Assembly: GCA_963695095.1 (NCBI GenBank)
Contig: CAVOFT010000001.1
Location: forward strand, 3,104,001-3,168,000
DNA from: an uncultured bacterium
Lineage (GTDB): Bacteria; Krumholzibacteriota; Krumholzibacteriia; JACNKJ01
Length of the DNA stretch: 64,000 nucleotides
Direction: 5' to 3'
The notes under the pieces were generated by a model that saw only the letters and a program-made list of their open reading frames with translations, had not been told where the DNA came from and did not search any database. Positions 1 through 9,032 of this stretch are shown piece by piece. Position 1 is the first letter of the stretch, and the number at the start of each line of letters is the position of its first letter. The position numbers and the translations under genes are program-made.

Positions 1-1409
1 AGGCCAAGGGCAAGGAGCTGGCCGGCCAGGCCTACACGCTGCAGGTGGCGGCCGAGGACTGCACGGGCTGCGGCCTCTGCGTCCATGTCTGCCCGGCGAA
101 GAACAAGGCCGAAGTGCGCCTCAAGGCGATCAACATGGAGCCCCTGACGCCCATTCGCGAGCGCGAGCGCGAGAACTTCGACTTCTTCCTCGACCTGCCC
201 GAGCTGGACCGGCGCCAGCTCAACGCCTGACCAAGGTCAAGGACAGCCAGTTCCTGCGCCCGCTCTTCGAGTTCAGCGGCGCCTGCGCCGGCTGCGGCGA
301 GACGCCCTACGTCAAGCTGGTCAGCCAGCTCTTCGGCGACCGCATGATCATCGCCAACGCCACCGGCTGCTCGTCGATCTACGGCGGCAACCTGCCGACG
401 ACGCCCTGGGCCCAGGACGACGACGGCCGCGGCCCGGCCTGGTCGCAACAGCCTCTTCGAGGACAACGCGGAGTTCGGCCTCGGCTTCCGGCTCAGCATC
501 GACAAGCAGAGCGAGATGGCCCGGGAGCTGCTCGCCGAGCTGCGCCGAAAGCGTCGGCGACGAGCTGGCGGACGCGCATCCTGTCGCGCGCCGCAGCAGA
601 GCGAAGCGGACATCCACGACCAGCGCGAGCGCGTGGCCAGCTGCGCGAAGCGCCTGGGCAAGATCGCCGAGCCGCGCGCGCGAAGCGCCTGGCCGACCTG
701 GCCGACATGCTCGTCAAGAAGAGCGTCTGGATCATCGGCGGCGACGGCTGGGCCTACGACATCGGCTACGGCGGCCTCGATCACGTGCTGGCCTCGGGCC
801 GGAACGTCAACGTGCTCGTGCTGGACACGGAGGTCTATTCCAACACCGGCGGCCAGATGTCCAAGGCGACGCCGATGGGCGCCGTGGCCAAGTTCGCCGC
901 CGGCGGCAAGCCGGCCGGCAAGAAGGACCTGGGCATGATGGCGATGAGCTACGGCAACGTCTACGTGGCGCAGATCGCCATGGGCGCCAGCGACGCGCAG
1001 ACCGTGCGGGCGCTCGTCGAGGCCGAGGCCTACGACGGGCCGTCCCTGATCATCGCCTACAGCCACTGCATCGCCCACGGCATCGACATGGGCAAGGGCA
1101 CGGACAATCAGAAGGCGGCCGTCCAGAGCGGGCACTGGCTGCTCTACCGCTTCAATCCGGAGCGGGCGGCGGCGGGCGAGAACCCGCTCCAGCTCGACAC
1201 GCAAGGCGCCGACGATGGCCCTCAAGGACTACGTCTACCAGGAGACCCGCTACAAGATGCTCACCAAGAGCAAGCCCGAGGCGTCGGCGGCGCTGATCAA
1301 GCGCGCCCAGTCGGACGTGCACGCCCGCTGGCACTTCTACGAGCAGCTGGCCGGGCTCCACTTCGGCAATGGCGACGACAAGCCGGCCGCCGGCACCAAC
1401 GACGACTGA
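1..1409 (+). CDS. nifJ: pyruvate:ferredoxin/flavodoxin oxidoreductase, C-terminal part (5' truncated, several apparent indels)
   Basis: Motifs across frames: EDCTGCGLCVHVCP ferredoxin, FSGACAGCGETPY, ANATGCSSIYGG, GGDGWAYDIG (TPP-binding), IAYSHCIAHGI; ends TGA 1407-1409. Confidence 0.95.
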
Positions 1410-1424
1410 CCGGGAGGAACCGCG

Positions 1425-2427
1425 ATGGAGATGAAGACCCGCTACCTGGGCCTGGAGCTGAGAAACCCGCTCATGCTCTTCAGCCTCGCCCGTCAACCTG
1501 GACCTCGACGCGGCCCGCCGCTGCGAAGATGCCGGCGCCGCGGCCCTCGTGATGCCCTCGCTCTTCGAGGAGCAGATCCTCGCCGAGTCGCGCGAGATCG
1601 ACCACTACCTCACGCACGGCACCGAGAGCTACGCGGAGGCGCTCAGCTACTTCCCGGCCCAGGGCGACTACCGCCTGGGCCCGGAGCGCTATCTGGAGAC
1701 CCTGCGCGCGCTCAAGTCGAGCCTGGAGATCCCTGTCATCGCCAGCCTCAACGGCGTCTCCGAAGGCGGCTGGACGGCCTACGCCCGCCACATGGAGGAG
1801 GCCGGCGCCGACGCCATCGAGCTGAACGTCTACTTCATCCCGACCGACCCCCAGCTATCGGGCCGCGAGGTGGAGCAGCTCTACGTCGACGTGCTCAGCC
1901 GGGTGAAGGCCAGCGTCAAGATGCCGGTGGCCCTCAAGCTCAGCCCCTTCTTCAGCAACATGGCCGAGATGGCCGCCCGCTTCGACGCGGCCGGCGCCGA
2001 CGGCCTGGTGCTCTTCAACCGCTTCTACCAGCCCGATCTCGACCTCGATGAGCTGGTGGTGCGCCCGAACATCCTGCTCAGCACGCCGCAGGCAATGCGC
2101 CTGCCCCTGCGCTGGATCGCCATCCTGCACGGGCACCTGCGCGCCAGCCTGGCCGCCACGAGCGGCATCCATACCGCGACAGACTGCCTGAAGATGCTCA
2201 TGGCCGGCGCCGACGCCGTGATGCTGGCCTCGGCGATCTACCAGCGCGGGCCGGAGGTTTTCGCCGAACTGCTCGGCGGCATGCAGACCTGGATGGAGGA
2301 GCGCGAGTACGATTCCGTGGAGCAGCTCAAGGGCAGCATGAGCCAGAAGTCGGTGGCGGAGCCGGCGGCTTACGAGCGCGCCCTCTACGTGCGCGCCCTG
2401 CAGCGCTTCGCCGGTCACGCTGGCTAG
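1425..2427 (+). CDS. dihydroorotate dehydrogenase-like flavoprotein (PFOR-associated), +1 indel near 1480
   Basis: TRYLGLELRNPL start joins the MPSLFEEQI...IASLNG...ELN...KLSPFF...FNRFYQPD frame; GGAGG RBS. Confidence 0.85.
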
Positions 2428-2471
2428 CGCCTGCTGCGGGCGCCCCGCCGTCTTTTCGCGAAGGGAGTCCC

Positions 2472-4559
2472 ATGCTCGAGGCCCTGCTCATGCCGCGTTC
2501 GGTCGCCATCGTCGGCGCCTCCGCTGCGCCCGGCAAGGTCGGCCAGGCCGTCCTTGCCAACATGATTGCCGCCGGCTTCCCGGGCCGCATCGTGCCCGTG
2601 AATCCGAAGGCCGACACCCTGCTCGGCCTGCCCTGCCTGCGCAGCCTCGCCGACCTGGACGAGAAGCCGGACCTGGTGGTCATTGCCGTGCCGACCCCGG
2701 CCGTGAAGGGCGCGGTGACCGACGCCATCGCCGCCGGGGTCGGAGCGATCATCGTCATCACCGCCGGCTTCAAGGAGACGGGTCCGGAAGGCGCCGCCCT
2801 CGAGGCGGAGATCACCGCGCTTTGCCGCCGTGCCGGCGTGCGCCTGATGGGCCCGAATTGCCTGGGGCTCATCAACACGCAGGCTAAGCTGAATGCCTCC
2901 TTCGCCAAGCAGACGCCCAGCGTGGGATCGATCAGCGTGCTGTCCCAGTCCGGCGCTCTCTGCACAGCCATCCTGGACTGGGCAGCCGGCCGCCATCTCG
3001 GCCTCGCCAAGCTGATCAGCATCGGCAACAAGGCGGATCTGGACGAGACGGACTTCCTCGAAGCCCTGGCCGAGGACGAGGCCACGCGGGTCATCGTCGG
3101 CTATCTCGAAAACATCACGGCCGGGGACACCTTCATCAAGCGCGCCGAGGCCGTGGCTGCCCGCAAGCCCGTGGTCATTCTCAAGGTGGGTACCACCGCC
3201 GCGGGTAGCAAGGCGGCCTCCTCGCATACGGGCAGCTTGGCCGGCGCGGACATCGCCTACGGCGCTGCCTTCAAGCGCGCGGGCGTCATTCGCGCCGAGG
3301 GCTTCGAGGACATGTTCGACGCCGCCACGGCGCTGGCCATGCAGCCCCTGCCCCGCGGCAACCGGGTGGCGATCATCACGAATGCGGGCGGGCCAGGCAT
3401 CATGGCCGCCGACGCCGTCGAATCCTCGGGCCTCGTCGTGGCCAGCCTGGGCGAGGAGCTGCGCTCCGAGCTGGCCCGCCAGCTACCCGCAGCCGCCAGC
3501 GTGGGCAACCCCATCGACGTGCTCGGCGACGCCGGTCCCGACCGCTACGCGATGGCCGTGGCCGCTGCCCAATCGGCGCCAGCGATCGATGCGATCATCG
3601 TCATTCTCACCCCGCAAGCCATGACCGACCCCGCCGCCATCGCCCGCGCGATCGCGCAGCACGCGCATGGCGCCAAGCCCCTGCTCGCCGTCTTCATGGG
3701 CGGCCAGGAGGTGATGCCCGGCCGCGACGAGCTGGTGGCGGCCGGCCTGCCCGACTACAGCGCCCCCGAGCGAGCCGTGCGCGCCCTCAAGGCGATGGTG
3801 GAGTACGCCGCCTGGCGCGAGCGGCCGCCGCGCATCGTCACCCGCTTCCCCGTCAACCGGCGGCGCGTCGAGCGCATCCTCAGCCGCCACCTGCGTACGG
3901 GGCGCAAGCAGATGGGTGAGGTCGCCGCCAAGGAAATCCTGCGCGCCTACGACTTCAACGTGCCGGCCGGCCGCCTGGCCACCACCGCGGATGAGGCGGT
4001 GGAGATCGCCGAGCGCGTGGGCTATCCGGTGGCGATGAAGATCGCCTCCCAGCAGGTGGTGCATAAATCCGACCTGGGCGGCGTCCAGCTCAGCCTGGCC
4101 ACGCCGAACCAGGTGCGCGACGCCTTCGAGCTGATGATGATGCGCATCCCCAAGCGCGTGCCCCACGCCCGCCTGGACGGCGCCTACGTCGAGAAGATGT
4201 GCGCACGCGGCACGGAGGTCATCATCGGCATGACCCGCGATCCCCAGTTCGGCCCGATGATGATGTTCGGCCTCGGCGGCATCTTCGTCGAGGTGATGAA
4301 GGACGTCACCTTCTACCTGGCGCCGATCACCGCCGACGAGGCGATGCAGATGCTGATGGGCACCCGCTCCTACGCCCTGCTCAAGGGTGCCCGCGGCAAG
4401 GAGGCCGTCGACTTGGCAGCGATCGCCAGCGGCCTGCAGCGCATCAGCCAGCTCGCCACGGATTTTCCGCAAATCGCCGAGCTGGACATCAATCCCTACA
4501 TCGTGGGCGAGCTGGGCAGCGAGCCCGTGGTGGCCGACGCCCGCATCACCCTGGCTTGA
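2472..4559 (+). CDS. ADP-forming acetate/acyl-CoA ligase (fused alpha+beta)
   Basis: CoA-binding SVAIVGAS, GPNCLG, SQSG, catalytic SSHTGSLAG, TNAGGPG, NPIDVLG, C-terminal ATP-grasp HKSDLGGV and ELDINP. Confidence 0.9.
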   Translation: MLEALLMPRSVAIVGASAAPGKVGQAVLANMIAAGFPGRIVPVNPKADTLLGLPCLRSLADLDEKPDLVVIAVPTPAVKGAVTDAIAAGVGAIIVITAGFKETGPEGAALEAEITALCRRAGVRLMGPNCLGLINTQAKLNASFAKQTPSVGSISVLSQSGALCTAILDWAAGRHLGLAKLISIGNKADLDETDFLEALAEDEATRVIVGYLENITAGDTFIKRAEAVAARKPVVILKVGTTAAGSKAASSHTGSLAGADIAYGAAFKRAGVIRAEGFEDMFDAATALAMQPLPRGNRVAIITNAGGPGIMAADAVESSGLVVASLGEELRSELARQLPAAASVGNPIDVLGDAGPDRYAMAVAAAQSAPAIDAIIVILTPQAMTDPAAIARAIAQHAHGAKPLLAVFMGGQEVMPGRDELVAAGLPDYSAPERAVRALKAMVEYAAWRERPPRIVTRFPVNRRRVERILSRHLRTGRKQMGEVAAKEILRAYDFNVPAGRLATTADEAVEIAERVGYPVAMKIASQQVVHKSDLGGVQLSLATPNQVRDAFELMMMRIPKRVPHARLDGAYVEKMCARGTEVIIGMTRDPQFGPMMMFGLGGIFVEVMKDVTFYLAPITADEAMQMLMGTRSYALLKGARGKEAVDLAAIASGLQRISQLATDFPQIAELDINPYIVGELGSEPVVADARITLA

Positions 4560-4573
4560 GGCCGGGAGAGACC

Positions 4574-6460
4574 ATGCGTACGGCGCCAACGACAGGACCA
4601 CAGATGGACGAGAACTGGCAGCAGACCTATCACGATCAGATCCTCACCCCCGACACTGCGATCGGCAAGATCAAGCCGGGCCAGCGCGTCTTCATCGGCA
4701 CGAGCTGCGGCACGCCGCAGGCCCTCGTCAAGGCCCTGGCCGAGCATGCGCCGGACCTGTCCGACACCGAGATCGTCCACATGCTCAGCATGGGCGATGC
4801 CCCCTACGCCCAGCGCGAGCTGGCGGGCACCTTCCGGGTGAACAGCTTCTTCATCGCCCCCAACGTGCGCGATGCCATCCAGGAGGGCTTCGGCGACTAC
4901 ACGCCGATCTTCCTGTCCGAGATCCCGCGCCTGTTCGCCTCGGGCCAGCTGCCCCTGGACGTCGCCCTGATCCAGGTCAGTCCGCCGGACGCGCGCGGCT
5001 TCGTCTCGCTCGGCATCTCGGTGGACATCGTCAAGAGCGCGGCCGAGAATGCCGCCCTCGTCATCGCCCAGGTCAATCCGCAGATGCCGCGCACCCATGG
5101 CGATAGCCTGGTGGACATCAACGACATCGATTGGCTGGTGCCGGTGGACGAGCCGCTCATCGAGTTCCAGACCGTCGAGCCCGACGACCTCACGCGCAAG
5201 ATCGGCGAATACGTGGCGGCCCTCGTCGACGACGGCTCGACCGTGGAGCTGGGCATCGGCCGCATTCCCCACGCGACGCTGGAGTTCATGGCCGGCAAGC
5301 GGGAGATCGGCATCCACACCGAGATGCTCACCGACCAGATCATCGACCTCATCGACAAGGGCGTGATCACCGGCGCCCGCAAGTCGCTGGACCGGGGCAA
5401 GGTCGTCGCCAGCTTCTGCATGGGCACGCGACGGCTCTACGATTACATCGACGACAACCCGACCTTTGCCTTCCATCCCACGGAGTACGTCAACGATCCC
5501 TTCGTGATCAGTCGCCAGCAGAACATGGTGGCCATCAACGTGGCGCTGGAGATCGACCTTACCGGCCAGGTCTGCGCCGACACCATCGGCGGCCGCTTCT
5601 TCTCAGGAATCGGCGGCCAGGTGGACTTCAACCGCGGCGCCGCTCGCTCCCACGGCGGCAAGGCGATCATCGCCCTGCCCGCCACGGCCAAGGGCGGCAG
5701 CATCTCGCGCATCGTCGCCCGGCTCTCGCCTGGCGCCGGCGTGGTGACCACCCGCGGCGACGTGCACTACGTCGTCACGGAGCACGGCGTGGCCTACCTG
5801 CACGGCAAGAGCGTGCAGAATCGGGCCCTCGCCCTGATCAGCATTGCCCATCCGGATTATCGCGCGCAGCTCCTCAAGGACGCCGTGGATCTCAAGTACG
5901 TGCGGCCGGAGATGCTCGCCGTGGGCGACCGCCTCGTGGTCGGGCCCCAGGAGCTGCGCAGCAGCTTCGTCCTGGACGACGGCACCCAGATCAACTTCCG
6001 GCCCATCCATCCCACGGACGAGCCGCGCATGAAGGAGCTCTTCTACGCGCTCAGCCGGGAGACCGTCTACTACCGCTTCATGCAGGCGCTGACGCGCATC
6101 CCCGAGCGGCAGGTGCTGGATTTCGTCTTCGTGGATCATCGCCGCGATGTGGCCATCGTGGGCGCAGTGCCCGAGGCTCATGGCGATGAGCTCGTGGCCA
6201 TCGGCCGCTACTACCTCGACCCCGTCACCAATCGCGCCGAGGTGGCCTTCACCGTGCGCGACGGCTGGCAGCGCCGCGGCATCGGCACCTACATGCTGCG
6301 CAACCTGATCACGATCGCCCGCCGCAACGGCATCAGCGGCTTCACGGCTGAAGTGCTGCGCGAGAACCGGCCGATGCGCTCGGTCTTCCACAACAGCGGC
6401 TGCAAGGTGAGCACGCGCCTGGAGGGCGGCATCTACCACTACGAGCTGGAGTTCGTGTAG
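4574..6460 (+). CDS. acetyl-CoA hydrolase/CoA-transferase fused to C-terminal GNAT acetyltransferase (alternative start 4604)
   Basis: DVALIQVSPPD, ELGIGRIP, HTEM, SGIGGQVDF, VVTEHGVA; GNAT tail AEVAFTVRDGWQRRGIG. Confidence 0.88.
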   Translation: MRTAPTTGPQMDENWQQTYHDQILTPDTAIGKIKPGQRVFIGTSCGTPQALVKALAEHAPDLSDTEIVHMLSMGDAPYAQRELAGTFRVNSFFIAPNVRDAIQEGFGDYTPIFLSEIPRLFASGQLPLDVALIQVSPPDARGFVSLGISVDIVKSAAENAALVIAQVNPQMPRTHGDSLVDINDIDWLVPVDEPLIEFQTVEPDDLTRKIGEYVAALVDDGSTVELGIGRIPHATLEFMAGKREIGIHTEMLTDQIIDLIDKGVITGARKSLDRGKVVASFCMGTRRLYDYIDDNPTFAFHPTEYVNDPFVISRQQNMVAINVALEIDLTGQVCADTIGGRFFSGIGGQVDFNRGAARSHGGKAIIALPATAKGGSISRIVARLSPGAGVVTTRGDVHYVVTEHGVAYLHGKSVQNRALALISIAHPDYRAQLLKDAVDLKYVRPEMLAVGDRLVVGPQELRSSFVLDDGTQINFRPIHPTDEPRMKELFYALSRETVYYRFMQALTRIPERQVLDFVFVDHRRDVAIVGAVPEAHGDELVAIGRYYLDPVTNRAEVAFTVRDGWQRRGIGTYMLRNLITIARRNGISGFTAEVLRENRPMRSVFHNSGCKVSTRLEGGIYHYELEFV

Positions 6461-6474
6461 TCCAGGCGCGCCGC

Positions 6475-8958
6475 CTAGCGGATCAGCGTGAACTTCCCCA
6501 GCTTGTCGGGATAGCCGGGCGCCGCCACCGTGAACAGGTAGACGCCACTGGCCACCTGCTGGCCGTTGCGGCTGATCAGGTCCCAAGTTCGAGTGCCGGT
6601 GGCCGCGTAGTCCCCGCCCGCAATGGCCGCCGCGGCATCGTGGTGCAGCACCTGCACGAGATCCCCGGCCAGCGTCCAGATGCGGATGGTGCAGGGCGCG
6701 GCCGGCAAGTGGCGGAATTCCACCTTCAGTCCGCTCGGGTCCTGCGCGTTGGGTTCCAGCGCCCAGGGCGCCATCGATTCCCGCGTGGCCGGGTTCGGCA
6801 CCACGTAGACGGCATCGGCGTCGTAGGCCCAGCTCGGCTGGCTCGCGCTCTGGGGCACCGCCAGCCGGAAGCCGTTGCTCGGGCTCCCCTCCAGGCCGCG
6901 GGCGAGACCGATGACATGCCCGTTTGCGTCCAGGATCGGCAGATGGTCCTTGGCCGTCACCGCGTAGAAGTAGGGCACGCCCAGATTGACGTCGACGTCG
7001 CGCAGGCGGTAGTAGCGCCGCCCCTGCGGCAGCCCGAGCACGTCGCGGGCGAGGCCGATGGCGGTATCCGCGTCGGCGATGCTGAAGCCCGCCGGCGGCA
7101 GCCAGTCGCGCGCGCGCTGCAGCCAGGGCATCTCCAGCAGCACCTCGCTGTACCAGGTCACGAGCGTGGGATCGACATTGGGCTGGTAACGCAGGAGGTC
7201 CAGGCTGCGATCGGGCTTGAGGCCGTTGACCAGGTCCACCTCGTCCAGGAGCATCCACAGGTCTCCGGGCGGGCCGGTGGCGGCGCTCGTGCCCTGCGGC
7301 CGCGTCCAGTCGTCCGCGCGCCAGATGCGGTAGCCCTCGAAGTCGTAGTCGCCGGTCAGCTCGTCGGGCACCTGCTCGCTGAAGTTGTCCCAGAAGAGCT
7401 GATTGCCGCGCTCGCTGGGCCAGACACGCAGCGAGGGCGGCGGCGGCGCCGAGGCGGTGAGCCAGGGCAGCCGGTACTCGGCGCCGCCCACGCCCGTGCA
7501 CCATGGGAAGAAATTGTCGCAGCGGCTGTTGGTGAAGCTCTCCCACTGGCAGTCGGCGTTCACCCACACCCGGCTGCCCTTGGGCACGACCAGCGGATCG
7601 GGGCTCATCCCGCAGGGATCCCACCACTCGATCGTGCGCAAGGGATCGTAGATGAGCGACTCGGCGCAGTCCTTGCCGGTATCGGGATCCTCGTCCACGT
7701 CGAGCCAGAGCCCCTCCTCGGCGAAGGCGAGCTGCGTGGCGAGATCGAGCAGGTCCTCGGCGTCCGCCGCCGCGAGGAAAGCCAGCCGCACGCGGGCGCT
7801 GTCGCCGGGCGCGAGCTGGAAAGGCCCCACGGAGATGAGGTAGCGCCAGTCGCGCTCGCGTTCGTCCGGTGCGTCGAAGTGGCGCCGGCTGAGCAGCTCG
7901 TAGCGCTGATCGTCATTGACCGCCTCGCCGCCCTCGTCGAAAGGCGCGATGCGTGAGAAGCGGTGCCAGGCGTTCAGCTCCGGAGTGCCGCTGAACCAGG
8001 GCGCCCACTCGCCGAGCAGATCAGTGCTGTGCTCAAGGAGCATCAGGCCGAGCCGGCCCGGCGCGGGGCGGCTGGCGGCCGCGTCGCCGTCGCCGTCCCA
8101 GGCCTCGACGAGCTGCACCCTGAAGGCTCGGCTGGCCGGCCGCTGCGTCACGCAGAGGGTCTCGCGACGCAGGCGGACGCGATCGTCATCGAAGCCGCTG
8201 GCGCTGGAGCGATGGCCGACATCGGGATCCACGTAGAGCCCGATGTAGACGTCCTCGAGCTGGCCACCGCTCACGTTGCGCACCTGGTACTCGAAGGCGA
8301 TCGCACCGGCCAGGTCCGCCTGTTCCCACTGATAGCTCTCCTGGGTGACCTCGATGCCGAGCGGACTGTGATCGGGCGAGCCGAGCAGGGCCTGCGGGTG
8401 ATCGTCGCGGTAGCGACAGCGGAACATCTGGTTGCCGATGGCGGCGAAGTCCTCGTCCACGCGCCCATCGCCGTCGTTGTCCTCGCCGTCGAGAGGATCC
8501 TCGTCGACGGCCCCATCGGCATCGTCGTCGGGTTGAGCGCTCTGCAGGCGATTGCCGCCCGGCGCTCCGGCGAAGCTGGCATGAATGCTGTCCCAGCCGT
8601 GGTCGCCGGGAAAGAACTCGGGATCCGGCCAGGCCGTGCTCACGCGCGGGAGGCCATTGCGCCGCGCGCCTACCCACAGTCCGGCAATATAGAGGAACTC
8701 CACGCCGCTGCCGGCCGGCCACTGGGCCGAGGGCGCCCAGGAGATGTCCAGGTTCTCGCCGGGGAAGGAGCCGAGGAGGCCGTAGTTGGTCACGTTCATC
8801 TGCAGCTCGCCCACGTTGTGGACGAAGCGGCCGTCGATGACCTTCGTGCCCAGGGCCGGCGGCGCCGATTCGCTCCGCGCCGACCCGCGGCCGGAGCTGC
8901 CGATCAGCAGCCCGCAGACCAAGGCCATCTGCATGGCAATGCGAAACTCCGGCCGCAC
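6475..8958 (-). CDS. large secreted protein with Asp-rich Ca-binding repeats and FlgD/T9SS-like C-terminal domain
   Basis: GTG 8958 after GGAGGA; signal-like N-terminus; DDDADGAVDED...DNDGDGRVDED; tail VYVVPNP...IRIWTLAGDLV...WDL...ASGVYLF. Confidence 0.75.
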   Translation of the reverse strand: MRPEFRIAMQMALVCGLLIGSSGRGSARSESAPPALGTKVIDGRFVHNVGELQMNVTNYGLLGSFPGENLDISWAPSAQWPAGSGVEFLYIAGLWVGARRNGLPRVSTAWPDPEFFPGDHGWDSIHASFAGAPGGNRLQSAQPDDDADGAVDEDPLDGEDNDGDGRVDEDFAAIGNQMFRCRYRDDHPQALLGSPDHSPLGIEVTQESYQWEQADLAGAIAFEYQVRNVSGGQLEDVYIGLYVDPDVGHRSSASGFDDDRVRLRRETLCVTQRPASRAFRVQLVEAWDGDGDAAASRPAPGRLGLMLLEHSTDLLGEWAPWFSGTPELNAWHRFSRIAPFDEGGEAVNDDQRYELLSRRHFDAPDERERDWRYLISVGPFQLAPGDSARVRLAFLAAADAEDLLDLATQLAFAEEGLWLDVDEDPDTGKDCAESLIYDPLRTIEWWDPCGMSPDPLVVPKGSRVWVNADCQWESFTNSRCDNFFPWCTGVGGAEYRLPWLTASAPPPPSLRVWPSERGNQLFWDNFSEQVPDELTGDYDFEGYRIWRADDWTRPQGTSAATGPPGDLWMLLDEVDLVNGLKPDRSLDLLRYQPNVDPTLVTWYSEVLLEMPWLQRARDWLPPAGFSIADADTAIGLARDVLGLPQGRRYYRLRDVDVNLGVPYFYAVTAKDHLPILDANGHVIGLARGLEGSPSNGFRLAVPQSASQPSWAYDADAVYVVPNPATRESMAPWALEPNAQDPSGLKVEFRHLPAAPCTIRIWTLAGDLVQVLHHDAAAAIAGGDYAATGTRTWDLISRNGQQVASGVYLFTVAAPGYPDKLGKFTLIR

Positions 8959-9032
8959 CCCGTCCTCCCCTCGCCGGTGGCGCTTCTGTAGAGATAGCAT
9001 GGATTTAGCGCGAGTGCGAGCCCGGAGCGACG

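Noticed and set aside
228..230. TGA inside PFOR as possible selenocysteine or readthrough
   Set aside because: The downstream PFOR sequence (TKVKDSQFLRPLFEFSGAC) continues in another frame, so this is an indel, and the position is not a Cys site
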